Part shown: piece after piece, positions 38,057-47,211 of the stretch | Layout: each line of letters begins with the position of its first letter | How positions within the stretch are numbered: the stretch's first letter is position 1 | DNA from: Desulfomonilia bacterium | GTDB lineage: Bacteria > Desulfobacterota > Desulfomonilia > UBA1062 | Direction: 5' to 3' | NCBI GenBank assembly: GCA_050014195.1 | Contig: JBEKDT010000009.1 | Location: forward strand, 120,519-184,518 | Length of the DNA: 64,000 nucleotides | Notes under the pieces: model-generated | What the model saw: only the letters and a program-made list of their open reading frames with translations | The model's database searches: none | What the model was told of the DNA's origin: nothing | Translations under genes and position numbers: made by a program

Positions 38057-38710
38057 TCATCTTGAAATCCGATAATGAATCCCCGTCGTAAGACCCATGA
38101 GAAATCCGCCGATATGGGAGAACCAGGCCACGGTGCTTTGAGAGTGCAGGCTTAAGTATCCATGTGCGCCTTGGAGGATGAACCAGATGAGGATGAAGAA
38201 GATGGAAGGGACCTCGATGATCTCAAGCAGAAGGATTAATGGGATTATGGTAAGGATTCGGCCTTTCGGGTTCAGAATGAGATAGGCCCCCATGACGGCG
38301 GCAATGGCCCCTGATGCGCCTACAACGGGGACAGATGATTGGGGATGGACTATGGTATGTGCATAGAAAGCAGCAATGAGCGCTGCGTGGTAGAAGATCA
38401 TGAACTGTACTATTCCGATGTTCTTTTCCACGGGTGGACCGAAGACGGAAAGGAATATGAGATTCCCGATAAGGTGGATATAGCCCGTGTGAATGAACCC
38501 CGATGCCAGGATGGAGAGGTGGATCTTCAAGAAACCCGGAGAACCTTGTATGAGGAATCCTGTGATGTCGGCAGGGCTTGCACTAAACATATGGAATATT
38601 TGCCCGCCAAACCTGAGCTCCTCGATGAACATAGCAAGATTCAAGATTATAAGGCAGGCGGTAGCAGGTGCAAAACCTCTCGGGACAGTGGTATCCCTTA
38701 CCGGGATCAT
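38057..38710 (-). CDS. Rhomboid family intramembrane serine protease
   Basis: HLIGN, GASGA catalytic Ser, HIGGF catalytic His. Confidence 0.93.
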   Translation of the reverse strand: MIPVRDTTVPRGFAPATACLIILNLAMFIEELRFGGQIFHMFSASPADITGFLIQGSPGFLKIHLSILASGFIHTGYIHLIGNLIFLSVFGPPVEKNIGIVQFMIFYHAALIAAFYAHTIVHPQSSVPVVGASGAIAAVMGAYLILNPKGRILTIIPLILLLEIIEVPSIFFILIWFILQGAHGYLSLHSQSTVAWFSHIGGFLMGLTTGIHYRISR

Positions 38711-38956
38711 ATCCCTTTTGTCCCTCGATCAGTACTGCCGAGGCGGGTGAGCCCTATGTGAATGCAGGTGATTAAGAATTCGGTAATGGGCACAAGCGCA
38801 TGAGATTGATAAGCGCTGTAAATCACCATGATCATCCACCTCGAATTCAACTGACATTTACCTGATGAAGCATTACCATGAAAAGGACCTTGGAGCAAGG
38901 TGATCGCATCGCCCTATCTTGCCGAGTACCTGCTTTGTGGTATATAGGTTCTTGTC

Positions 38957-39175
38957 ATGAGACAATTCGCTAACCCGTTAATCTTTGCAGGCATTATCCT
39001 GGTCCTGCTCGGCATCTTTTTCAGCATGGGAGGCAGCTTGTCATGGCTGGGAAGGCTGCCCGGCGATATCCGGATCACCAGACCGGGATTTAATTTCTAT
39101 TTTCCTGTCACGACATCCATACTCATAAGCATCGCAATAAGCCTGGTATTATACCTTATCAGGTATTTCAGGTAA
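38957..39175 (+). CDS. DUF2905 family small membrane protein
   Basis: LGRLPGDI...FYFPVTTSILIS. Confidence 0.88.
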   Translation: MRQFANPLIFAGIILVLLGIFFSMGGSLSWLGRLPGDIRITRPGFNFYFPVTTSILISIAISLVLYLIRYFR

Positions 39176-39180
39176 GAAGC

Positions 39181-40431
39181 GTGTCCATAGACAACTTCAT
39201 TGCATGGTTTGTCCGCATGAGCTCAAAGGCTTGCTTTACCTTTGATGATAGTTCACCAGTGTTTCCTCTTGTTGCGCCTTGTAGACCGATTCACCTGTAT
39301 ATGCACATCCCGTTCTGTGTTCAGCTCTGTCCTTACTGCTCGTTCCACCGGTATCCCTTTGAGGAGGATGCGGTGAGGGCATATTTTAAGGCCTTAAGGA
39401 AGGAGCTTATGATTTATGCAGACATGGGTTTTCGTTTTTCATCCGTATATGTCGGTGGGGGTACTCCAACGGTACTGATGGATGAGCTCTTTGAGACGAT
39501 AGGACTTATCGAGACACTCTTTAAGCCTGGAGAGATATCGGTGGAGACGAACCCTGACCGCCTAGAGAGAGACCAGATAACTTCCCTTGCCAATGCAGGG
39601 GTGAGAAGGGTATCGGTGGGCATACAGAGCTTTTCCGATGAGATCTTAAAGGCCATCGGGCGTTATGAGAAGTATGGCAGCGGGGCCGAGCTTGCCCGGA
39701 AAGTATTCGATGCCTTAGGTTCGGTGGAGACCTTGAATGTGGATATGATTTACAACTTCCCCATCCAGGACTCCTCCATGCTCGAACACGATCTGGCAAC
39801 CCTGCTTAAGATCCTGCCTGACCAGGTTACCTTCTATCCTCTCATGATCTCTCAAGCAACGCACAAGCAGATGGAAAGTATCATGGGGGGAGTCAGTCCG
39901 GGCAAAGAGAAGGTCTTTTATCATATGATTACCTCAACCCTCGAGCCCCTCTATCAGCCGAACTCTGCATGGTGCTTTTCCCGTGGAGGCTCCCCCATGA
40001 TCGATGAATACGTGGTGGGTGGAGAGGAATATGTGGGTGCAGGCAGCGGTGCCTTTGGTCTGGTGGGCGGAGCCATATACGCGAACACCTTCTCGCTTGG
40101 GGAGTATGTGCAATCACTGGAATCCGGGAGGCTTCCCATAAGACACCGCAAGGTCTTCTCGCTTCATGAGATGGCCAGGTACAGCCTACTCATGAATCTA
40201 TTCGGGCTTAAGCTTGACCTCGCCTTATTCAAACAGCGGTTCGGCCATTCCATCTGGTACCTGCTCGGACCCGAGATATTCTTTTTTATGCTGACCGGTG
40301 CTATCAGTATTGCCCCTTCACAACTAAGGCTTACCTCACGCGGACGCTATTACTGGGTCATCATGATGCGAGAGTTCTTCACGGGTGTGGACAACTTCCG
40401 CGATGCAAGCAGGGAAGGAGCGGGTCTATAA
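39181..40431 (+). CDS. menK: Class C radical SAM menaquinone methyltransferase (MenK/MqnK type, HemN-like)
   Basis: YMHIPFCVQLCPYCSF, GGGTPT, QVTFYPLM signature, C-terminal MMREFF. Confidence 0.75.
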   Translation: MSIDNFIAWFVRMSSKACFTFDDSSPVFPLVAPCRPIHLYMHIPFCVQLCPYCSFHRYPFEEDAVRAYFKALRKELMIYADMGFRFSSVYVGGGTPTVLMDELFETIGLIETLFKPGEISVETNPDRLERDQITSLANAGVRRVSVGIQSFSDEILKAIGRYEKYGSGAELARKVFDALGSVETLNVDMIYNFPIQDSSMLEHDLATLLKILPDQVTFYPLMISQATHKQMESIMGGVSPGKEKVFYHMITSTLEPLYQPNSAWCFSRGGSPMIDEYVVGGEEYVGAGSGAFGLVGGAIYANTFSLGEYVQSLESGRLPIRHRKVFSLHEMARYSLLMNLFGLKLDLALFKQRFGHSIWYLLGPEIFFFMLTGAISIAPSQLRLTSRGRYYWVIMMREFFTGVDNFRDASREGAGL

Positions 40432-40518
40432 GCAGATGCCATCCGGCATCATGTGCACGCCACATGGGGCTTTCATCCAGAAACTGTGTTCAAGAGTGGG
40501 CATTTGCAAGATACGGGT

Positions 40519-41865
40519 CTAAACGGATTCACTGTCGAGTTTCTCAATTAAGAAGTCTATCTCCCGCTTCACCTTCAGGTTCTGGGTGTACTGGGTCTCG
40601 ATGGTTTCTAAGGAATGGATAATGGAGGAGTGCTTCCGGGAGAAGGCCTCACCGATAATCTGCAGCGATTCCTCAGTGTAACGCCTGCACAAGAAGATAG
40701 CCACCTGGCGCGGATACACGATATCCTTTCTCCGTGAAGGGGAGACGATTTTCTCCTTGGCGATGGAGAAATTATTGGAGATGAAGTCAAGAATATAGGG
40801 GATTGTTATCCTCTGCTGTTTCTCCAGCGTCCCCTCCAAGAGTTCCTGAGCAAGCTCTATGGTGATCTTGCGCTTCATGAGCGAACTCATTGCGGCAACG
40901 GTCATGACTGCGCTCTCCAGGTCCCTGATGCTGGTGTGGATGGTTTCACTGATGAATTCCACTACCTCATCGGGCATGGTGATCCCGTTCTTTTTTGCCT
41001 TGTGGCGTACAATCTTGGCACGTGTTGCCTTATCGGGACGTTTGATATCAATAACAAGCCCTGAAGAGAACCGGGAGCGCAGGCCCTTATCGATCTGGGG
41101 CATGGATGTCGGCGGGCGGAAGCCTGAGAGGATAACTTGCTTGCCCGCACTGATAAGGTCATCCAGCACATGACATAACTCAACTTGTGTCTTCTCTTTG
41201 TTTTTAAAGAGATGGACATCGTCGATAAAAAAGATGTCTACGTTGTGGCTTCGATATGAGTTTTTGAAGGAGCTCAAACAATTGTTTCTCACTGAATGTA
41301 CATAATCCTGCGTGAAGTCCCTGGCCGTGGTGTACATCACATTGGAGCCGTTGTGTAGGGAAACCACTTTATTGCCGATGGCATGGGAAATGTGGCTCTT
41401 ACCGAGTCCCACATCGGAGTAGAAGTAAAGGGGATTATATCGGCTGATATCCCCTTCGGAGACTGCAAGGGCCGCCTCATAGGCAAAGGCATTGCACCTG
41501 CCTACCACGAACTCATCAAAGGTGAAATGGGTATTGAGCCCGCAGGATACCCCTGAGGGAATATGTGATGGCAGACTCATCTGGATAGGGCGGTCTTGTT
41601 CGGGTGCCGGTATTCTATCCTGTAACTCAGAGGCAGGATTCACGCAGAATTCTACATCTACCGGTCTGCCCAGGTATGACCTGATGGCTGAGATGATAAG
41701 ATCTTTATACGCCCTGGTGATGTATCTCTGGGCAAAAACATTAGGACAGCGGACAAAGACGGTACTATCCTCCTCGCACATCTCAAGTTGATCAATGAGC
41801 GCCTTGTCCGATGCAGCCTGTGATATTGAGAGTATAGATTCTTTAATCATTGCAAAGTGATTCAC
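40519..41865 (-). CDS. dnaA: DnaA-family replication initiator, divergent paralogue
   Basis: FTFDEFVVGRCN, YNPLY, GLGKSH, IDD, LRSRFSSGL, IRDLE, RQVAIFL; no dnaN/gyrB neighbours. Confidence 0.85.
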   Translation of the reverse strand: MNHFAMIKESILSISQAASDKALIDQLEMCEEDSTVFVRCPNVFAQRYITRAYKDLIISAIRSYLGRPVDVEFCVNPASELQDRIPAPEQDRPIQMSLPSHIPSGVSCGLNTHFTFDEFVVGRCNAFAYEAALAVSEGDISRYNPLYFYSDVGLGKSHISHAIGNKVVSLHNGSNVMYTTARDFTQDYVHSVRNNCLSSFKNSYRSHNVDIFFIDDVHLFKNKEKTQVELCHVLDDLISAGKQVILSGFRPPTSMPQIDKGLRSRFSSGLVIDIKRPDKATRAKIVRHKAKKNGITMPDEVVEFISETIHTSIRDLESAVMTVAAMSSLMKRKITIELAQELLEGTLEKQQRITIPYILDFISNNFSIAKEKIVSPSRRKDIVYPRQVAIFLCRRYTEESLQIIGEAFSRKHSSIIHSLETIETQYTQNLKVKREIDFLIEKLDSESV

Positions 41866-42125
41866 AAACCCCCCTCCTCAGATGAAGAAACCTCAGATTC
41901 AACGACTGCATAATGATTCGAGTGGGAAAAAAGGTCAAAGGTGAAACACCCCGGTTATAGGTGTCTTGTGTTAATTTTATGTTAACTCAATTAACCATAG
42001 TAATATCAATAAGATAAATAATGAAACTCGACCTTCAGGGCATCTGATGGGACCTGTTCAGGACTTCGGTCCTACCTGGTTCTTGAAGTGTTATCTACAT
42101 TTTGTAGAAAACTGAGGAGCTTTGT

Positions 42126-43559
42126 TTATCTTGATCTTTCTTTGAAATTTTTGAGATTATGATAGATGAGAGAATACTGCTGAGCGGGGTTTGCCCAGCC
42201 CACATCTTTTTCCATTGCATTTCTTATCATAGCATTAAGAAGGCCTGTATCTTCAGCAAAGATTCTGCATGCCTGTGAGACGGTATCGAATAGGGCGCTT
42301 GTGCTGGGATTGGCTACTCGCAGGCCATTGGGCTTAACCCCTTCACCAAGGGCAGTGACGGTATCTCTTAACCCCCCCACACCGGTTACGATGGGGATGG
42401 TGCCATAGCGCATGCTGATCATCTGGTTAAGCCCGCACGGCTCAAACCGGGAAGGCATGAGGAAGAAGTCCGAGCCCGCCTCTATTGCATGGGCCTTTGC
42501 CTCATCAAAGCCGATATGGACGCCCAGGTGAGAGGGAAGATCTCCACGGAGGTCTTTGAGCCTTTTCTCAAAGGCCGGGTTTCCGTTGCCCAGGATGACT
42601 ACCTTGGCCCCAATGGAAGCCATCTTCGGGATGGCCTCCAATACACAGTCTATGCCCTTTTGCTCCACAAGGCGGCTGATAAGGCCGAAGACCGGGCGTT
42701 CATCATCGGGAAGTGAGAACATAGAGAGGAGCGCATTCTTACACTTTGCCTTGCCTGCGAGGTCGCTCATGGAATACTGCTGCGCAATGAGGCGGTCCTT
42801 GGCAGGGTCCCAGATGTCAGTATCAATGCCGTTGGCAATGCCGGAGAGCTTATATGATATGGCCCGTAGCAAACCTTCCAGCCCCGAGCCGAACTCGCTC
42901 GTCTGGATCTCTTGGGCATAGGTGGGGCTCACCGTGTTCACTGCATCTGCAAAGACGATGCCGGCTTTCATGATGTTTATCCTGCCGTAATACTCCATAC
43001 AGTCGTGGTTGAATAACTCATAGGGTAAAAAGAGCATGGACCAGAGGATGGCATCGAAAAGCCCCTGGTAGGCGAGGTTGTGTATGGTGAACAGGCTGCC
43101 TGTCCTCTCGATGCCTGCATCTTTCATATAGGCCAGGACCAGTGCAGTCTGCCAGTCATTGCAATGGACGATGTCCACATCACCCATGAGCCTGATCATC
43201 TCCACGCAGGCTCGCGAAAAGCAGGCAAAACGCTCGAGATTGTCGGGGTAGTCGTTGCCTGCATAGGAATACAGGCCTGTCCGGTCGGAGAACAAGGGAT
43301 GTGAAATGAAATAGATGGTGCCGTGGGAGAAGATCTTTGCTTCCGTAATCCCGATGCCGGTAAGAACCGAAACCTCGCCGAACGGCTTTAAAGGGAGCCC
43401 CATATTCATGACCTCCCGGTACAGGGGCATCACCACGGAACAATCAATACCCTGCCGGCTGAGCTCTGAAGGCAGGGCTGCGCTCACATCGGCAAGACCT
43501 CCGGTCTTGGCGTAGGGGGTGACCTCTGATGAGCATAATAACACCTTCATTGCAGCCAT
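42126..43559 (-). CDS. glgA: Glycogen synthase
   Basis: KTGGLADV, HCNDWQT, TIHNLAYQG, PSRFEPCGL. Confidence 0.96.
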   Translation of the reverse strand: MAAMKVLLCSSEVTPYAKTGGLADVSAALPSELSRQGIDCSVVMPLYREVMNMGLPLKPFGEVSVLTGIGITEAKIFSHGTIYFISHPLFSDRTGLYSYAGNDYPDNLERFACFSRACVEMIRLMGDVDIVHCNDWQTALVLAYMKDAGIERTGSLFTIHNLAYQGLFDAILWSMLFLPYELFNHDCMEYYGRINIMKAGIVFADAVNTVSPTYAQEIQTSEFGSGLEGLLRAISYKLSGIANGIDTDIWDPAKDRLIAQQYSMSDLAGKAKCKNALLSMFSLPDDERPVFGLISRLVEQKGIDCVLEAIPKMASIGAKVVILGNGNPAFEKRLKDLRGDLPSHLGVHIGFDEAKAHAIEAGSDFFLMPSRFEPCGLNQMISMRYGTIPIVTGVGGLRDTVTALGEGVKPNGLRVANPSTSALFDTVSQACRIFAEDTGLLNAMIRNAMEKDVGWANPAQQYSLIYHNLKNFKERSR

Positions 43560-43666
43560 AGATGTATATTACACTAAGTTTGGATCGGGCGTAAAGACAA
43601 TGAGATAGAAAAAATCATTCCAAGGTGAGGTTTGATTTTAGGCTGTGATTGGGCTATGTTTGATTC

Positions 43667-44263
43667 ATGACCAGGGAGGAATATGAAATCTCACTCAAGG
43701 AGTTCGAGTCGCTGATCAAGAAAAAGCTTCCCTCCATGATCAACAGCTACCTTATTAACCGAGGTAACCGCGAGTTTGAAGCGGCATTCACCCATCTCAT
43801 TGATACCTTGAACAGACAGAGGAAGACACTGCTCAAGGATTTGACCAAGGCAGCCAAGCTCGAGCAGAAGACCCGCTATTTCAATGCCATCTATAATATG
43901 GACTCCCAGCTTAGGAGCATGGGCAACCGGGATGCGCTCAAGCAACAGACAAAGCTCCGGCAACACCGTGTCCATGCTCCATTGGTCTACGATCTCGGGA
44001 CAGGGCCCGAGGATGGGGATCTGTTAAATGCGGATGATGCCGGTGTTCTGCTGGAAACCACTGAAAAGGTATCCATCGATCATGAGGTGAGGATAAACCT
44101 TTCAGGGAAGAAAGCGAGAGGCAAGGCCATGTGGTCCATCCCTGATGATACGGGCCGTATGGAAACGGGCGTCAGGCTTCTTAATCCTTCTGATGACTTC
44201 ATGGAGGAAGTAAAAAAGATCCTCAAAAAGCCTGTGAAAAAGCGCAAAGATCCTCATGATTGA
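43667..44263 (+). CDS. Hypothetical protein with a helical N-terminus and a degenerate PilZ-like C-terminus
   Basis: LRQHRV, LLNADDAGVLL, GKAMWS, TGVRL follow the PilZ strand pattern. Confidence 0.6.
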   Translation: MTREEYEISLKEFESLIKKKLPSMINSYLINRGNREFEAAFTHLIDTLNRQRKTLLKDLTKAAKLEQKTRYFNAIYNMDSQLRSMGNRDALKQQTKLRQHRVHAPLVYDLGTGPEDGDLLNADDAGVLLETTEKVSIDHEVRINLSGKKARGKAMWSIPDDTGRMETGVRLLNPSDDFMEEVKKILKKPVKKRKDPHD

Positions 44264-44297
44264 CACTCATAAGGTGCCATAGTATTCCTTTAATAGT

Positions 44298-45503
44298 ATG
44301 AGATTCGCCATTTTTACCCTGGGATGCAAGGTCAACCAATATGAAAGCCAGCGGATCCGGCAAGGGCTTCTCGCAGCAGGACATATTGAGCAGGCCTTTA
44401 TCGAGCCGGGGGCGGACTGTTACATCATCAATACCTGTACCATAACCCATAAGTCCGATGCAGAAGGCAGGAGAATAATACGCAGGGCGCTGAGGCACGG
44501 TGGCAGGGTGGTTGCGACAGGCTGCCAGGTGGTTGTCGATCCCGAGGGTATCAGGGATATCTCAGAGGTTATCGAGATAGCCAGACCCGACCATCTCCCC
44601 GAGATACTCCAGGTGGACCTTCCATCCATAATCTCAGGATTCGGCGACCACCACCGGGCCTTTGTGAAGATACAACAAGGCTGTGACAAGTATTGTACCT
44701 ATTGCATCGTCCCTTTCGCCAAGGGCAGGCCATCAAGCAGACCTTGGCAGGAGGTGGTCACAGAGGTGAAGGCCCTGCATGAAAAGGGCTATCAGGAAGT
44801 GGTGCTTACCGGGATCAATATCGGTCTGTTTGAAGGTGGGCTATCGCGGCTTGTGGAAAGGGTGCTCTCTCACACTGCGGTTCCGAGGCTCCGGATCAGC
44901 TCCATCGAACCCTGGACCGTGGAGGATTGCCTTATATCCATGATCGCGGGGGAGCCCAGGCTCTGCAAACACCTGCACCTGCCCATGCAGCATGGAAGCG
45001 ACACCATTCTTCATGCTATGGGCAGACCCTATACGTCCGGTTACTTCACGACGCTTATGGATCGCATCAGAAATATCTCACCCGAGGTTGCAATCGGTTT
45101 AGATGTTATTGTGGGATTCCCTGGGGAGGATGACAAGTCCTTTGAAGAATCTTATAGTCTCATAGAGGACCTCAATGTTGCGTACCTCCACGTCTTCCCC
45201 TTCTCATCGAGAGAAGGGACGTCTGCTGCGCTTTTGCCCGGACGGCCGGACTCTGCAGTAGTAAAACACAGGGCTGCTTACTTAAGGAGGTTATCGAGGG
45301 AAAAAAGGCTCTCCTTTGCCCGTTCACGACAGGGCGGCACTGAAGACGTACTTGTCACAGAGATCTGCAAAGGGCAATTCACCGGCGTCACCTCCAACTA
45401 TCTCATGGTTCAGTCGCCGGGCTCTGCATCAGAAGGAAGCATCGTGAGGGTACGGCTTAAAGGTATGGACGGTATGACCCTGCTGGGAGAACTCATTGGA
45501 TAA
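44298..45503 (+). CDS. mtaB: tRNA t6A methylthiotransferase MtaB
   Basis: TLGCKVNQYES, INTCTIT, GCDKYCTYC, HVFPFSSREGT. Confidence 0.9.
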   Translation: MRFAIFTLGCKVNQYESQRIRQGLLAAGHIEQAFIEPGADCYIINTCTITHKSDAEGRRIIRRALRHGGRVVATGCQVVVDPEGIRDISEVIEIARPDHLPEILQVDLPSIISGFGDHHRAFVKIQQGCDKYCTYCIVPFAKGRPSSRPWQEVVTEVKALHEKGYQEVVLTGINIGLFEGGLSRLVERVLSHTAVPRLRISSIEPWTVEDCLISMIAGEPRLCKHLHLPMQHGSDTILHAMGRPYTSGYFTTLMDRIRNISPEVAIGLDVIVGFPGEDDKSFEESYSLIEDLNVAYLHVFPFSSREGTSAALLPGRPDSAVVKHRAAYLRRLSREKRLSFARSRQGGTEDVLVTEICKGQFTGVTSNYLMVQSPGSASEGSIVRVRLKGMDGMTLLGELIG

Positions 45504-47211
45504 CAGTGCAATTGTCGATGCATTACTTGAGATGGCTCAAGTCCTAGAGTTCCTGGATGAAAATCCCTTTAAGGCAAAGGCCTACGAACGTGCCGCCAGG
45601 TCTATCTCCGAGCTTGCAGCTCCGGTAGAAGATATATTGGACAGTGGTGAGATCAGCCATATTAAGGGTATCGGCCAGGCCATTGCTGCGACCCTGAATG
45701 CATGGGTGAAGGATAATGATTTCTCTGCGTTAAAGGACCTGCAGTCCAGACTGCCACAAGGTTATGTTGAACTGTTGAAGGTTCCGGGGCTCGGTATAAA
45801 GAGACTGAGGATCCTCCATAATGATCTCGGCATCTCTACCCTCGATGGGCTTCTCGAGGCCATCGAGGCAGGCAAGATCGCCTCTGTCAAAGGCTTCTCC
45901 GATAAAAGCATTGCCAAGCTCAGAGGCTCTGTGAAGGCTATCCTTGATTACCGAGGGTGGTATCTGCTTGATACGGCATGGGGCTGGGCGACAACGATTG
46001 TCTCACTCCTGAAAGAGTGCGGAGTAGATGCACAGACTACCGGTGTCTGCCGCAGGTCTATGGAGATAGTTTCCTCCATCGATCTGCTCTGCGAAGAAAG
46101 ATCTGGCATACACAACAAAATTGCGCAATGCACCGGCTTAATCCCTGACATTAAGCTCACATACGATGGGCCTGTCCTTGTAGTAACGTGTCCGGGCAGG
46201 CCCACCGTAAGGATCCATACCGTACCACCAATGCTTATTGTGCCTGCCTTGTTTATCACCACCGGCTCTCCCGCCCATGTGGATCAGGTGAACACGCTTG
46301 GTAACAACCGTTCTATCCGGATCTCCCGTGACGGGGTGTTCAAGGACGAAAAACTCTTCCCTATCCGGGACGAGGAAGAGTTTTATGGCCTGCTCGGCAT
46401 GCAGTACCTCCCGCCCGAGGTTAGGGAGGGCAGGCAGATGGAAATGGACCTGGCAATAAGCGGTAGCGTACCCGAACTCATCATGGCTGACGATCTTAAG
46501 GGAGTCATTCATGTCCACACCACCTATAGTGACGGCAGGGCAACACTCAAGGACATGGTGCAGGGTGCGTATGAGCGGAGCTATTCCTGGATCGGGATCT
46601 CGGACCACAGCAAGAGCGCCTATTATGCCGGCGGCATGAGTATAAAGACACTGAAGAAGCAGTTCGAAGAGATCGATGAACTAAAGAATGCATTTAAAGA
46701 CCTCACAATCTTCAAAGGCATCGAATCCGATATCCTTGAAGACGGCTCGCTTGATTACCCTCAAGCCGTACTCAAGCAGCTTGATTTCGTCATTGCCAGC
46801 ATACACTCCCACATGGACATGGATAAGGCTGCCATGACCGAGCGGATCATCAAGGCCTTAAGGAATCCCATCACCACCATCCTCGGCCACCCAACGGGCA
46901 GGCTGCTCCTTGCACGCAGGCCCTATGAGGTGGACATGGAGTCAGTCTTAACGGAGGCGGCCAGACAGGGGGTCATTGTGGAACTCAATGCCAACCCCTT
47001 GAGGCTCGACCTGGATTGGCGCCTTATGCCGGACTTTATCGCAAAAGGCGGACGTATCGTTGTTGCACCTGATGCCCATATCGTCTCCGGGCTTGACGAT
47101 ATGCTCTATGGGATATCAATTGCCAGGAAAGGTCTGCTTTCAAGACAGGCCTGCATAAATTGTTTATGTGCCGAAGAAGCGAGAGAGGTGTTTAAGGCCA
47201 GGTGGTCATAG
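45496..47211 (+). CDS. polX: PolX-PHP fusion with a degenerate polymerase active site
   Basis: ENPFK, HhH motifs, LPPEVRE, PHP motifs HVHTTYSDG, DHS, HPTGR, DAH. Confidence 0.88.
   Translation: MDNSAIVDALLEMAQVLEFLDENPFKAKAYERAARSISELAAPVEDILDSGEISHIKGIGQAIAATLNAWVKDNDFSALKDLQSRLPQGYVELLKVPGLGIKRLRILHNDLGISTLDGLLEAIEAGKIASVKGFSDKSIAKLRGSVKAILDYRGWYLLDTAWGWATTIVSLLKECGVDAQTTGVCRRSMEIVSSIDLLCEERSGIHNKIAQCTGLIPDIKLTYDGPVLVVTCPGRPTVRIHTVPPMLIVPALFITTGSPAHVDQVNTLGNNRSIRISRDGVFKDEKLFPIRDEEEFYGLLGMQYLPPEVREGRQMEMDLAISGSVPELIMADDLKGVIHVHTTYSDGRATLKDMVQGAYERSYSWIGISDHSKSAYYAGGMSIKTLKKQFEEIDELKNAFKDLTIFKGIESDILEDGSLDYPQAVLKQLDFVIASIHSHMDMDKAAMTERIIKALRNPITTILGHPTGRLLLARRPYEVDMESVLTEAARQGVIVELNANPLRLDLDWRLMPDFIAKGGRIVVAPDAHIVSGLDDMLYGISIARKGLLSRQACINCLCAEEAREVFKARWS

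Noticed and set aside
41960-41987. dif-like site (TTATGTTAACT resembles the XerD arm)
   Set aside because: The XerC-side arm GGTGTCTTGTG lacks the conserved inner ATAA, so the palindromic core is missing.
42041-42075. Hammerhead ribozyme (CTGATG followed by a stem-loop)
   Set aside because: The core reads CTGATGG rather than CTGATGA, and no GAAA follows the stem.
41866-42125. oriC next to dnaA
   Set aside because: No exact TTATCCACA boxes in this region, no dnaN/gyrB/rpmH context, and the DnaA is non-canonical.
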